Below, piece by piece: positions 1 to 11,709 of a stretch of DNA of 64,000 bases. Origin of the DNA: Epithemia pelagica (taxonomy: Eukaryota > Protista > Bacillariophyta). Positions within the stretch are counted from its first letter, which is position 1, and every line of letters starts with the position of its first letter. Both the position numbers and the translations under genes were made by a program. Location: contig OX337239.1 of assembly GCA_946965045.2 (NCBI GenBank), forward strand, positions 2,976,001 to 3,040,000, in the 5' to 3' direction. Under the pieces are notes generated by a model. It saw only the letters and a list, made by a program, of their open reading frames with translations. It searched no databases and was not told where the DNA came from.

Positions 1-20
1 GTATTGAACATTGGGAAGCG

Positions 21-1368
21 GTGAAGAATGAAATGAGAAAACTTGTGCCACACAAATATTCTGGGCACGACATCACGGAACTTACCAAGGCATTCGCGAT
101 CAAAGCGCGATCTCTATCCGCGGCTGGTCTCTATGACCATAGCCTAACCGCTACCTTGACCCGAAACATCCTCAAGGCCGATTGGCCTGATACACCCAAG
201 TTCAATCTCCAGCATCTGAATAAAGATGTCAACAATGGAGTAGAGCACATCCGTTTTATGGATAAGTCAGACACAGACAAGTACATGGCGAAAAACAAGC
301 TCTTGTATACTCACGTGGTCGAAACTGCCAACGCAAAGTATCTGGTGGCAGTCAAGATGGGTGAGTGGTCGGCAAAACGCAGTGTCACCGACAAGAAAGC
401 ACCACCATCTACCTTTGGAGCACACAACGCCATGGTTCCATTTCTTAAACAAGGAAAGGGCCGAGACAAACAAGTCTCAGCCAACACACTGGTCCATCAA
501 GGGGCTTCCAATGGGAAACCCCACCAGTCCACCCAATCCGGTGCCAAAGGACCCTGCTTCATCTGCGGAGGTCCTCACCTTCAGCAAGATTGTCCACAAA
601 ATCCCAACCGTCGTCAGAAAGGGGAAAACAACAATAAAAACAAAAACAACAAGGGGGTTAGCAAATCGAAACAGACGACGGCGCAATCCAGTGGCCCTGA
701 ATGGAGGACCACTCCACCTGGTCCCGGTGAGCCACACGAACGAACCTGGAATGGAAAACCGATGTACTGGTGTGCCATCTGTGGAAACTGGAATTCCACC
801 CACACCACTGAGCAGTATATTGTTGTATATAACAAAAAGAACAAGACCAACCAACATTCCAAGAAACAAACCGAAGTACATTGCTTGACGTACGACCCAA
901 GTGCGTGGCAAGCCGTAATTGATTTCGACGATGCCAAATCCGAAGGGGACGACTCTTGGATTGTTGAATTGGAAAAGAAATACGGTAAGGGATCCTGGCA
1001 GGTCGAACTCGAAAAGGAGCATTGGTGGCTCTTCGACCGAAAGTGCCCTGGACCAGAGTATACTCTTGAAGCACTCGACGACAAATGGAACAAAGCAATT
1101 GCCGCGAAATCAAAGAAAGAGCGGTTAGAATCCATTGAAGAAGAACAAGAAGAAGAATTTGAGATTGTCAATCTCGCAGAGATGGACTCTTTGCCATCCA
1201 ACGTACCTGATGACAACACAATTGAAGACAGCGATGATGAGTCTCCACCACCACTAGTACCTCGCCAGCGTCAGTTCGACGAAACCGCACCCCTCGTTCT
1301 GCCTCATTTGAAAAATCCGTGCCTCTGGAGAATGCTTCTACCCCTACATCTCCTAAACCACCCTCTGT
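21..1368 (+). pseudogene. gag: Ty1/copia (diatom CoDi-type) gag fragment, 3' end fused to an oppositely oriented copia
   Basis: CCHC knuckle CFICGGPHLQQDC. The second motif WRTTPP..WNGKPMYWCAICGNWNSTH resembles WRRVPP..DGVTYYWCGVCRRWTTNH in the 15.5-kb element. An acidic linker follows, then an abrupt junction at ~1370. Confidence 0.75.
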
Positions 1369-2225
1369 CAGACCATCCGGAACCCCGACTTCATCAATAA
1401 AACGGGCCAATGCCTGGCCGACATGTGCCTTGGAAGCGAGTGGGTAAACGGCCGTGTACTGTCCATCCGTCAATACTTGCGCACACTTGTGTCCCGAAAG
1501 TGATGTCGTCCGAGCAAAAAGCGTATCCGTATAGAACCGACTATTCAATCGATTCCGATGCAATGCCAAGTTGTCAACACGATATTGTCGCGTTTTAGGC
1601 GTAACAGCTGTCCGGATACCCTGTTGGGTGGTAACGCGGAGGGTTTTCCGCGCTGTTTCCAACCCAATCTTCCATTTCTTGCTGAGATTTTCCGGTGAAA
1701 CGGTCGAGTGACGGTCCGAGCCGAGACCGCCGACCGTTCTGAGGCTGTCGAGTCGCTGCCCCACGACCACAGGATCACATGCGCAAGAAACCACCCTCTG
1801 TCAGACCATCCGGAACCCCGACTTCATCAATAAAACGGGCCAATGCCTGGCCGACATGTGCCTTGGAAGCGAGTGGGTAAACGGCCGTGTACTGTCCATC
1901 CGTCAATACTTGCGCACACTTGTGTCCCGAAAGTGATGTCGTCCGAGCAAAAAGCGTATCCGTATAGAACCGACTATTCAATCGATTCCGATGCAATGCC
2001 AAGTTGTCAACACGATATTGTCGCGTTTTAGGCGTAACAGCTGTCCGGATACCCTGTTGGGTGGTAACGCGGAGGGTTTTCCGCGCTGTTTCCAACCCAA
2101 TCTTCCATTTCTTGCTGAGATTTTCCGGTGAAACGGTCGAGTGACGGTCCGAGCCGAGACCGCCGACCGTTCTGAGGCTGTCGAGTCGCTGCCCCACGAC
2201 CACAGGATCACATGCGCAAGAAACC
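1355..2225. repeat. 433-bp direct tandem duplication
   Basis: 1355-1787 is repeated at 1788-2220. AAACC microhomology at 1355, 1788 and 2221. Identical ORFs at 1410 and 1843 (offset 433). Confidence 0.95.
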
Positions 2226-2860
2226 GCGCCAATTTCGAGTGAGATCTCTTCACGCGCATCATCCAGCGGGCTACGATTGGGTAAGCTCAAATCCACACTT
2301 TTTGGGTCCCATAACTCTTGACGCGTCAAAGTCACCGCAGGTAAAGTCTCAATTTCGTGCTTGGGAGGCGCGCGGGACTCAAAGTAGATAGTCGTCCTCT
2401 GTATCTCGAAGGGAATATATAACCCGTCGGCCGTGATGCCAAATCCTTTGTCCTCCTTCCTTGTGGGGTCATCGCGAACCACATGCCCACAATACCGAAT
2501 TTGATTTTGATTCAAGAGAGTCTTCTTTAATGCACTACCAAACCACAACATTTGGTGGCCGATTAAGATGTATTCTACTCCTGTACTTTTCTCTCGGATG
2601 CATGTTGCACATGTCGCTATCGGTACGTATCGACCTCCTACCTGTTGTCCCATAAAGTCACTAACCTTGTATTCCATTCCTGTTGTTTCCATGAGTGTCC
2701 AATTGACACCAGCACAGGAGGTGTCTGCCATCGTATCCATTTGGTTGCATGCAACATTCCCATTCCCAGTGCTGACTCCCATGTTTCCTATGCTACAATC
2801 CATCGTTGTGTCTTTCATCTTGTCAGTGGTCACCTCACGCCTGGCCCCACAAGTAACCAC
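1775..2860 (-). CDS. pol: copia pol fragment (aspartic protease plus integrase N-terminus)
   Basis: Protease-like MDTMADTSCAG. LSKKWKIGLETARKTLRVTTQ and RFYTDTLF...FIDEVGVPD are paralogous to the pol at 55725. Confidence 0.85.
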   Translation of the reverse strand: MVTCGARREVTTDKMKDTTMDCSIGNMGVSTGNGNVACNQMDTMADTSCAGVNWTLMETTGMEYKVSDFMGQQVGGRYVPIATCATCIREKSTGVEYILIGHQMLWFGSALKKTLLNQNQIRYCGHVVRDDPTRKEDKGFGITADGLYIPFEIQRTTIYFESRAPPKHEIETLPAVTLTRQELWDPKSVDLSLPNRSPLDDAREEISLEIGAVSCACDPVVVGQRLDSLRTVGGLGSDRHSTVSPENLSKKWKIGLETARKTLRVTTQQGIRTAVTPKTRQYRVDNLALHRNRLNSRFYTDTLFARTTSLSGHKCAQVLTDGQYTAVYPLASKAHVGQALARFIDEVGVPDGLTEGGFLRM

Positions 2861-3714
2861 TGATGCCTGGCGTCACTCATATGCGCCGGCTCCAAATCTG
2901 CGTCCGTTGGTGCTGCCACGGTCGTTGCTACCAGGATTCTCGGTTCCCGCCGCACTACCACCGGCATGTCCATTGGTACCTCCGCCGACAGACGGGTCTG
3001 TGATGACCGATGGTGGCTCATTATTTTCATTCACGTCGATGTTGCCGATGCCGCGTCCACTAGCAGCAGAACCGCGCCCCCAATCACCACGTCCCCGCCC
3101 GTAGCCACGGCCGCGGCCGCCACCACGACCACCACGATCACCTGAGCCGCGGAGCCGAGCTCGTTCCTGATGGATGTACGCCTTTCCGGCGGGCCCGAGA
3201 GTGGCCATCTCCTGGGAAGTGAATCGGCGGCTAACGTCCGTGACGTCGACGCTGTAAAAGGTGAAAATACCGTTGTGCTGTTGGAGACCCGCAAAATTCC
3301 GTGGACGGGAAGAGGGTGACTGTTCGCCAGTGTGTGTTTCCGAGATAAACCGGTGCCGAGTACCAGGACGTGTGCCACTGCCTCCGACGACATTCGGGTA
3401 CAGTTCCGAGACTTCACGCGAGATATAGGCGATGGCGTCATCTAAATTAGACCTGTAGTTGCTTCGTACGGTGCTTTTGATGACGGCAAACTCGGCCGTT
3501 GCAATTCGGATGTTGTCCAGAAAGATCATGACCTGATTTGCATTCGAGCTTCGATTAGGGGTCTCTTCGAGCGTGCGGAACGCACGTAGAAGCTTGGTAG
3601 AATAAGAGTCGAAGCTAAACGCCCTCTCGTTGTGATAAAATACGGAACTAAGGATAGCTTCGGCCTTGTTGATACGTTTCGCTTTCTGGCCGCCCCCATC
3701 GTAGTGTGCTACCA

Positions 3715-4127
3715 TTATAGCTCGTCTTCCTTGGTGGGGCGCAGGTTGATAAGCCTAGAAATAATTTTCCTTAAGTAAATTTTCCCACGACTGTTTTTTT
3801 TGCTCGTCACTTTTTTCAGCTGCGAGCTCGTCGGACTCCTCACTACAGTGGAAGCATTCAACTGTGACTGCGCGTAGGCCTCCTTATCGGGGCGCGCTCG
3901 TCGGTACTTAAGACTTCTCGTCGGGCAATTAGCTTCTCGTCGTGGACCGCGTAAGGTCGACGTAGAGGGGCGCGACGAGGAGGGCTTAGGACGACGAGGA
4001 GGGCAATAGCTTCTAGGCGGACTTACTAAAGCGGTCCACTTCTCGAAGCTATTGCCCTCCTCGTCGTCCTAAGCCCTCCTCGTCGCGCCCCTCTACGTCG
4101 GCACTCCTAGCAGTCAAAGTAGATATA
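3715..4127. mobile_element. Unclassified 413-bp insertion with CTACCA target-site duplication
   Basis: CTACCA at 3709-3714 and 4128-4133. Excision restores the gag frame. No TG..CA ends. Confidence 0.8.
3958..4100. repeat. Perfect 56-bp inverted repeat with 31-nt loop
   Basis: 3958-4013 is the exact reverse complement of 4045-4100. Confidence 0.95.
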
Positions 4128-5207
4128 CTACCAAGGCTAACCATGCCGCTCGACCATTCTGGGATGCCTGGTAGGGTTGAATCCACCTTGCGGGTTGGTC
4201 GCGTACACGGTCACTAAGCAACCGGTACACTACCTTGTTGTCTTCGTGAAAGAATGGTCCAGTCAGAGGGTAAGTGTACAATCCTTGCTCTCCGAGAGTT
4301 TGAAAGATGTGTCCAGGTTGAATTTCAGGCCTAATAACATAATCGAGTGGGGCTTGTTGCTTCCCAACTATGTGGGACAAATAGGTAGGAAATTCACGAG
4401 ACCAATCTTCCCAGATCTCTTCCTTGAGGATTTCGGGCTTAATTTCCGGTGCCTTGTCAGTTTCTGCTTTAATTTCCATCTCGTCGAGGGCATCCGAGAG
4501 TACCACATGGTCGAAATCAGTGGCAGTGATGTCATGCCTCTGTCTACGGGCCTTGGAAGCCCAAAAACACAGCCCTTGAAGATTCTTCACGACGCTTGTT
4601 GGAAGACTTATATTGTTCGGTTCAGGGCGTTTCTCCAACCTTGAAGCTAAGGACGTGACATCATCGTTACTCATTCGTCCGAAGGCGTGTAACGAATTAA
4701 GACGTTCTATGTTTTCTAGTACTTGACTTTCATTCGCGTTTGCCCCGCACACGGTCAACACCAGCCCAACTTGCGAAAGCACGGGTGGTGGTCCTGCAGG
4801 CGGGTGTGGGATCGGGGGAGGCGGAGGTGGTGCACCATCATCGCCATCACCGCCGTGTCCACTACCACCACCTCCTCCGGCGCCGCCAGCTGGTGCACCT
4901 CCAGCGGTGTCGTCCCGTGTCAGCGCGCTTCTTGTTCCTCTCGTTCCACTACTTGAACCCCCGGCTCTATTACTAGAGCCGCCAGTACTTCCACCAGTGC
5001 CACCACCACGGGGGGTTCCGTTCCGTTCCTGTTTTCCTCGCGGGCATCTTTCTACTACCCGTATCCGTACTGGCTCCCCCCGCTGGGACAGCGGTTCCCA
5101 TTCCTTGCCCTTCAGGGCTTGTTTCCGGTGGATTCTTCGTCGTAGCTCTAGTATTCGTTACCATATTCCTGTAGTTCACTTCGTTTACTCCTTCTCAATA
5201 CTGCAGT

Positions 5208-5220
5208 GGGTCTGATAAAC
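5208..5220 (-). promoter_or_regulatory. Primer-binding site GTTTATCAGACCC of element B
   Basis: Directly abuts the LTR end (TG at 5221 on +). Identical to the PBS at 53145-53157. Confidence 0.75.
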
Positions 5221-5272
5221 TGTCTTGTTCCAGTCGATACCTTATTCAACGTGCAAATTAAAGATATTATAA

Positions 5273-5404
5273 GGCTAAACCACTAATGTAAGGATCCCCA
5301 AAATAGTTACCATGTAAACAGTAAAACCCCCAAAGATTGGCTAAACCACTAATGTAAGGAACCCCAAAATATTAACCATGTAAACAGTGAAACCCCCAAA
5401 GATT
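5273..5404. repeat. 2 x 66-bp tandem repeat in the putative 5' LTR of element B
   Basis: GGCTAAACCACTAATGTAAGGA...CCCCCAAAGATT at 5273 and 5339, with about 4 mismatches. Confidence 0.9.
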
Positions 5405-6036
5405 TCCCATATCCGGGTTTGTTCCCACGACCCGAATAAGACAGGTGGAGCAAGGTTGGAAGCAAAATCACGCACCCACACACCACACCCTCAATGCGTC
5501 GAACAGTCAAAGTCCTTCGATGATGGATTTATCCTTGACAAAAGAGACGACAGAGTCTATCTAGGCACTAGTATTGCAGACAAGTACATATAGTCGGCCA
5601 ACTGTTGCTTCCTTGCTCTTTAGGAGTCTTTTCCATCCTCATGGTGGAGGTTGTGTTTCCATAGAGCATGGAAATTGACGTGTCTTTCCCACATGAGCTC
5701 GTAGGGCCAACAGAACAACAGGTGAAATGTACAATGGATACTCTAAATGATAAGTACACGTTTAATACCTAATGACAAAATGCGTCATTTTCATCAAATG
5801 ACACGGAAAATTTAGGTTTTTTTAAAAAAAAGTTTTTTTTTGTTCTTTGGAATTCAAGCAGTACCAAGATACCGTCCAAGGAAAGAGAGCGACACCTCCA
5901 CCGCCGTAGATAGAAGAAAGGAATTGACATCACCATGTGGAAGTGTGTTTTTCTCATGATCCACAAGTTTTGATGTGAGAACGAGGAATCGATCCAAGAC
6001 ATTGAGCAGTGACGATACAAGGCGAGAGATTGGCTA

Positions 6037-6581
6037 TTGCTGCTGGTCTCGTGTCGAATCTTGGTCATGGTGGTGGACAAGTTGATTCGCCAAGAGGCTA
6101 GACAGAGAGCACATCTTCAACAGCAGCATTCGGCCTTTTTGGAACGCATGGTTTCGTCACGCCACCAACAAGAGAATGACGACGAAGAAAACGACCAAGA
6201 CGAGCCGCCGCCCAGTTCGACCATAAGTACTTGCGTCCAAGAATTGGTCGTTCAACTCTTGTTGGAACGGGGTCCTCGGAGTGCCTTGATGGTAGATGCC
6301 AAGGATGGTCGATTGCCCTTGACCCATGCCTGGGTTGGCATGCCAGTATTGCACCCCTGATTGCCGCCTATCCTCGAGCCTTGGAATGTCACGATCCTGT
6401 GATGGGCTTGTACAATTTTCAATGGGCGGCCGTGTGTTCCCCCCAACTCGATACCATGTACAGTTTGGTCCGACCCCTCCCGGCCCTCTTGTGTGCCTGT
6501 CGGCGTCCTCGTACTACTAGTAGCAGTAGTTGTCGGGACGAGAACTCACTGACAGGAGGCATCACCAAACACACCACATAG
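6037..6581 (+). pseudogene. Captured host-gene fragment, ankyrin-like LPL.HA / P.AL...DP..GLY.F..AA type
   Basis: LLLERGPRSALMVDAKDGRLPLTHA...AAYPRALECHDPVMGLYNFQWAA split over two frames. Confidence 0.5.
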
Positions 6582-6644
6582 GAATGCACGACAAGTGCCA
6601 ATTCCCACAAAAAAAACGCACCAGGATACCGTGTCGCTCGACTC

Positions 6645-6856
6645 CATGACAACCTCTGCTTGTGGAAACAACAACAAAGCAAAACAACGAAGCCATGGGT
6701 GCCAAACGACAAAAGACATGATTGGAATGGATACAACACGTTTTCATGTAGATGGAGCATGACAACCTCTGCTTGTGGAAACAACAACAAAGCAATGGGT
6801 GCCAAACGACAAAAGACATGATTGGAATGGATACAACACGTTTTCATGTAGATGGA
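6645..6856. repeat. ~113-bp tandem duplication; second copy has a short deletion
   Basis: CATGACAACCTCTGCTTGTGG...TTTTCATGTAGATGGA at 6645 and 6758. Confidence 0.9.
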
Positions 6857-7197
6857 TCACCGCAGACACACAAACCCCAGGAGGACCGTGGATTTGGTTC
6901 ACAAATAACAGTACAATTCCCTCTGTCGTGGGGTGTTCTGGAGAACACCAGGAATCCAGAAATGGCACGGTGCGTTTGACGCTCGCTTGGATGAACCGGA
7001 GCCGCAGACGCTGGTACAGAATCGACATGCGCGGACGCGCAACAAGAGAGAGAGAGAGTCTGTTATAATAACTCATTGATTAGTGTTATTCAAATAATCA
7101 GAGGCTTTTATATTGCTTAGGGAGTCGACGAATACTAGAATATGTAGATATGCAGTGCTGCTGGGAAAGATGAGTCTCGACATCCGAGGACAATTGG

Positions 7198-8205
7198 TTA
7201 CATGTGGTTTTCAACATTTTTCTTCCACAAACCAGAATCGTTGTCCCAAACACATCCCTTGGGAGCACCACCTTGCGGGCGCTTGTACTTGCCATCAACA
7301 CCCAACGTAGCTGGGTGTTTGGGTTGGACAAAATCCCACTGTTGATTGCTCTCGGCAGATTCCATTTCACCCATGCAGTCCTCCCTGTTCTCGTCACAAT
7401 TATTTGTGCATCTATGGTCAAGCCGATCAACATGGTCAGTGGCGCTGGTACTCTCATTGTGTTCTTGTGTATTGTTGTCGTCATCAGTGACAGAGTGAGG
7501 CTCGTCCAGACCACCATCGTCAGTGCTGGTGGAGTCGAAGTCTACGCCTCCTGCATCTTCTGCAGCAGCATCGAGGCTACCATCATCGGTGGTGGTGTCC
7601 AAGAAGTTCAAGTCCCCACCAGCATCAGCGGTGGTATCCAAGAAGTTCAAGACATCCTCCTCCTCAGCAGCAGTGCCATCGTCCACCAGGCTACCACCAG
7701 CAGAGTCCAAGACATCATCCTCTTCAGCAGCAGTGCCATCGTCCACCAGGCTACCACCAGCAGCATCCAAGACATCCTCCTCCTCAGCAGCAGTGCCGTC
7801 ATTCAGGGTGCCAGCAGAATCCAAGCCTCCAGCATCATCATGATCATCAGCAGATGGATGATCCAGGTTGCTGAATGGCCTCCCTGTCACTGCTGCACCG
7901 TCAATCCCAAGGATTGTGCCCAAAAACGAATGAATTCGACGAAGCTCTTGCTCTGGAATAGAGCCAAAGACTGTCGAGAGAATATGTTCCATCCTTTCAG
8001 TTGATTGCTTTTGGAGTTGGCCAACCAAGAATGCATCGTTTGCTTGGACAGCACGGCTATACAAGGCAGACTCTGAATATGAGTTGATCTGGCCAGACTC
8101 AAGTTGTGAGAGCTTTTGCTCGTCACGTTCCGTCCAAACTACATTCGAGGGAACGGCCATGTTCTTGTATTTTTCATAAAGCTCTTTCAATCGAGAGTTG
8201 GTCAT
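7198..8205 (-). CDS. Acidic repeat-containing C-terminal extension of the transposase
   Basis: Three DDGTAAEEEDVLDxAGGSLV repeats (63-bp period). Ends YKRPQGGAPKGCVWDNDSGLWKK. In frame with the 8266-10953 ORF. Confidence 0.6.
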   Translation of the reverse strand: MTNSRLKELYEKYKNMAVPSNVVWTERDEQKLSQLESGQINSYSESALYSRAVQANDAFLVGQLQKQSTERMEHILSTVFGSIPEQELRRIHSFLGTILGIDGAAVTGRPFSNLDHPSADDHDDAGGLDSAGTLNDGTAAEEEDVLDAAGGSLVDDGTAAEEDDVLDSAGGSLVDDGTAAEEEDVLNFLDTTADAGGDLNFLDTTTDDGSLDAAAEDAGGVDFDSTSTDDGGLDEPHSVTDDDNNTQEHNESTSATDHVDRLDHRCTNNCDENREDCMGEMESAESNQQWDFVQPKHPATLGVDGKYKRPQGGAPKGCVWDNDSGLWKKNVENHM

Positions 8206-8265
8206 ATTGCCAAGGGCCTCTCCTCTCGGTGACTTGAGCCCTTGCTTGTACCTAATAAAAATGCG

Positions 8266-10953
8266 CTAGTCGGGGTTTGATTGAATAGGACGACCCGATG
8301 CAATCAGTGCATCAAATTTTTCTTTGATTGGTTGGAACTTACTGGCAAGTTCTTTCCGTTTCAGCATCGACTTATGCTCTTCCTCCATGTTGGCCCGTGC
8401 ATAGGCGAGGAGCATATCGGTGCAGTTCAATGCATCCCCACCCATGGTATACCGAAAGAACTGCCCAGCTGTCTTCACAGTGCCAAGAAGGTCCTGGCGC
8501 TCTCTTGTATTTTGCATCGTTGAAACTGCATTGCGCCCAGACACCTGTGCTTCAGTGATGCGAGGTGCATCCCGACGCAAGGAATTCACAGCCGTCTCGG
8601 AATAGCCGGCTGCAATCAAGGCTTCGGCTGCATGGTGATTGTCCTGCTCCATCATTGAGATGAGAGAGCTGTAGGGATCACCGCTCTCAACTTCAGTACC
8701 TTCCGTCTCAACAATCTCATGACGAAGCCTGTCACTCTTGAGAGCATTGCGAGTCGCCGGGCAGTAGCCACACTTTTCACGGGCGCTTCGGATGTTTTCT
8801 GGACGAAGGCCCATGGTGAAAGCGGCCTTTAGGTGGATCAGCTGACCATTTGGCAATGGTACATCACCACCAAAAAGGATGTAGCCAATATCATCGAGGG
8901 GGAGCGTCGCTTTCCCAGCCCCCTCGATAAGAAGACGCTCCTTGTACAAAAGATCACGGTTCTCGTACAGAACCTTTTTCATTGGACCAAAGATCTGGTC
9001 CATCTCTTGACCAATCTCAGTTCCATTTGGAAGCCCGGGGTAAAAAAAGAACCCCATATCCCTTGCTCGTGCAGTAAAAGAAGCGCTGGCGGCTCCGAAG
9101 CTTCCACGCCCAGTCCCACTGTCGAGCTTAACCAGATAGGGATTGGCAGGACTCGCATCGGGGAAGATCTTTACCAATACCTGTAAGCTCCATTTGGCCC
9201 ACAGTTCACTTGTCATACCACCTTTTGGTGTGTATGCAATTGTTGCATCAACGAAGTTTTGCGTGCGATTGAACCCCCATTGTCCGCAAATCTGCTGGAA
9301 CCCTTGAAGCATAGCTGGGTTCACCTTCACCTTGTCTTTTGCTGATGTCGGGAATATTATGAGTGGTGGAATTGCCTCGTCTGCAAATGTCACACACGCA
9401 AGGATTGTACATTTTAGACTGGAGCGTAACACTGGCTCCCCAGCATCAGGAATGGAGTGCACAGTGTAGACAAGTGAAGGGCGTCCACCTGCATGTTCGT
9501 CCTCACCATTGAGGGTGAACGCCATCTCATCCGGCTGCAAAATTTTGGATGTGTCTTGGAAGATCACATTTCCATGCGCTTTGCGTTCTTGATCATTCAT
9601 AGGCCATTTAGCAAAGCCGTTATCTACCACAAAGTGCTCCCAATTCTTATAGTGCTGTTCCTGGGCTTGGTAGGTCAGCCAACGAACACGTCGTGCATCT
9701 TGTTGGTCACATGCTCCAACGTTGTTCATGCGTGCATTGTCCTGCGTGATCCGCCGGTAGAATACAGTGTCATCAAGGTCGTACTTGCTATTTACAACGG
9801 CACCAACTAACGAAATGCATTCTGACCTGCTGAGACGAATGTCCACATTTGCTTGCTCCAATGCCAAGCATGTATGCAGAAGAGTAGCAATATCATTGTA
9901 CTCTTTCTCTGGGATCACACTTCTTCGTCCTCTCCTTGCTGGCGAGACACCAACCTGCCCTTGTTGCACTGCACTCTCAAGGGATCGTCCCGAAACAAGC
10001 TGCATAGTCTTGCCGTTGGGAAATCTCACACCAAAGATGTCACTGACCTTTTCGGCGCAGTGATCTTTCGTGAAAGTCCTCTCCAGCGGAATCTCCCCAT
10101 TCTTGGAACAGTTGAGAAGCACCGTCCCAACCTTGTGAGCAACTTTCCGCAGATCATCCAATTCCTTTTTCGCACGGACTTGTGCGTGTGCTTGCTGGGA
10201 TGTCTTGCGATGGGCAGTGCTGTTGCATGCCGAACTAATGGCTGACAAAACTGACCCATTGTCTTTGTTGAGGAGACGAATGCGTGGTATGTCACGGTTG
10301 TTGCTTGATTCCGTTGTATTTTCTGTTGTTGTTGAGTTGCCACATGCAGTTTGTGTGAGTGGTGATGCTAGAACCTGCTCATCACCCCACTCCTCCGCAT
10401 CAACATTAATGAGCATGTTGACAGGATCATTGGATCTGTGGCTGTCCTGGTTGTTATGTTGATATCCCTCGCCATTCTGGTTGCGGTGGTGACAGTGTCG
10501 AGTATTATTTTTGTTGCGTCGAATGGGTTTGGGGATGAATCCTTCATTTTGTAGCTGTCGTTGGCAGCGCTTGTAGACAGTAGAGCCACCCTTTGTGTCT
10601 GGATGGGGATACCCAGCAAGTCGCATCATTTCTGAAAGAGTCTTCCGTTGAGGATGGAACTTGTTACCCGGGTTGAATGTTGCAAAGTTGAACAGAATTG
10701 TTGCTCTGTACTGCATGGAATCTGAGTCAGTTGAATAGTCTGGCTCTCCATCTTTAACAGATGATGCCTCTTGAAGTGCTGCGAACAAGGTTTTTGATCC
10801 TTGCAACTGCTCTGCACTGATGCCAACCATTGTCATGGCATCTTCTCCCGACAGACTTGTGCCGGGGACAAGGCGTGATATCTCCACAGCCTTTTGAACG
10901 CTCTTTAACATGACATTGTCCACCATGGTATCTTCTGCATTTTGGTCTGTCAC
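8266..10953 (-). CDS. pogo-type DDD transposase, probably extending past an in-frame TAG to 7198
   Basis: QPDEMAF...CTILACVTFADEAIPPLIIF...KGGMTSELWAKW...VKLDS...LPNGTEIGQEMDQIFGPMK. The 7198-8205 ORF is in the same frame. Confidence 0.85.
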   Translation of the reverse strand: MTDQNAEDTMVDNVMLKSVQKAVEISRLVPGTSLSGEDAMTMVGISAEQLQGSKTLFAALQEASSVKDGEPDYSTDSDSMQYRATILFNFATFNPGNKFHPQRKTLSEMMRLAGYPHPDTKGGSTVYKRCQRQLQNEGFIPKPIRRNKNNTRHCHHRNQNGEGYQHNNQDSHRSNDPVNMLINVDAEEWGDEQVLASPLTQTACGNSTTTENTTESSNNRDIPRIRLLNKDNGSVLSAISSACNSTAHRKTSQQAHAQVRAKKELDDLRKVAHKVGTVLLNCSKNGEIPLERTFTKDHCAEKVSDIFGVRFPNGKTMQLVSGRSLESAVQQGQVGVSPARRGRRSVIPEKEYNDIATLLHTCLALEQANVDIRLSRSECISLVGAVVNSKYDLDDTVFYRRITQDNARMNNVGACDQQDARRVRWLTYQAQEQHYKNWEHFVVDNGFAKWPMNDQERKAHGNVIFQDTSKILQPDEMAFTLNGEDEHAGGRPSLVYTVHSIPDAGEPVLRSSLKCTILACVTFADEAIPPLIIFPTSAKDKVKVNPAMLQGFQQICGQWGFNRTQNFVDATIAYTPKGGMTSELWAKWSLQVLVKIFPDASPANPYLVKLDSGTGRGSFGAASASFTARARDMGFFFYPGLPNGTEIGQEMDQIFGPMKKVLYENRDLLYKERLLIEGAGKATLPLDDIGYILFGGDVPLPNGQLIHLKAAFTMGLRPENIRSAREKCGYCPATRNALKSDRLRHEIVETEGTEVESGDPYSSLISMMEQDNHHAAEALIAAGYSETAVNSLRRDAPRITEAQVSGRNAVSTMQNTRERQDLLGTVKTAGQFFRYTMGGDALNCTDMLLAYARANMEEEHKSMLKRKELASKFQPIKEKFDALIASGRPIQSNPD

Positions 10954-11709
10954 CCGTCATCCCACCATCACGTGTGGCGCCATCTCGGTCACGTTTGGGT
11001 TTATGCTGGGTCATCACACATACACATGTTTGGCATGGGATGGACGGGTTGATTCCATGTGGGAGGCGTGAATCCATCATTGGGCTGACCCCCAAACAAC
11101 AATCAGCATCTCCGATTCCTTTATCCGTGACAACAAGGTGCACCTGCAGTTGCTGCCTCCAAGTGCCATTGTCATCCTATCATGTTGGACGACGAGGGAA
11201 CGAGATTTCTCTTCAAAATTTGATTCCAACGGTGCCAAGCCTGTCAGGTCGTGTGTGACTGACTGTGGTTGAAAATGTAGAACCTGGGGGATTTTGGTCT
11301 TGTTGGGGGGTGTTTTGTGGTCCCAGTCCCAGGGCGGGCGCACTGGATGATGATGGCTCCTCACATCTATGTTTCTTCGTGGGAACATCCAATCGGGGAT
11401 TGTTGGCCTGCCTACCATTGACCATATACATACTGTACCATAACGTCTAACACACTGTTTCACTTGCCTGTGCACAGATGGCTATTCTCCGGATGACATT
11501 GGATCATCGTCGTGTCCACCAACCCAAGTCGGCACTATAGAAATATCCACAAAGGGGACCTGGTGACCCATAAAAACGTTCTGACTCATATCTAAGCTTA
11601 GCTACCTAGTTTGCCATTTCACCATGGCTTGCTCGTGCATTGACATACCAGAGTTTTCGTTTCAGAAAGGACTAGACAGCATTTGGTCCTGAGTTTCGGC
11701 AAACTGAAA

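Larger units (their letters stand above)
2873..4782 (-). pseudogene. gag: copia gag interrupted by a 413-bp insertion (join 4782-4134 with 3714-2873)
   Basis: Removing 3715-4133 restores the frame ...NGRAAWLALV|AHYDGGGQKAKRINKAEAILSSVFYHNERAFSFDSY. Similar to the gag at 53640 (DGREAYLTVKRQATG...AKFTGRGKYRFHDY). Confidence 0.85.
1370..5404 (-). mobile_element. Ty1/copia element B, 3'-truncated inside integrase; outer LTR end not resolved
   Basis: Minus-strand order is LTR (inner end CA at 5221), PBS, gag, protease, integrase N-terminal part. Confidence 0.85.

Noticed and set aside
1168-1794. 208-aa minus ORF as a separate integrase gene
   Set aside because: It is the duplicated pol segment running into the antisense of the neighbouring gag.
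3715-4127. The complement-only reading of the insert gives a short Pro/Ala-rich open frame
   Set aside because: Not a biologically readable orientation, and explained by low-complexity GC repeats.
7204-8004. Long antisense ORFs (7204-8004, 3' half of 14769-15521, 28527-29099, 54465-54911 and similar)
   Set aside because: Shadows of better-supported ORFs on the opposite strand.
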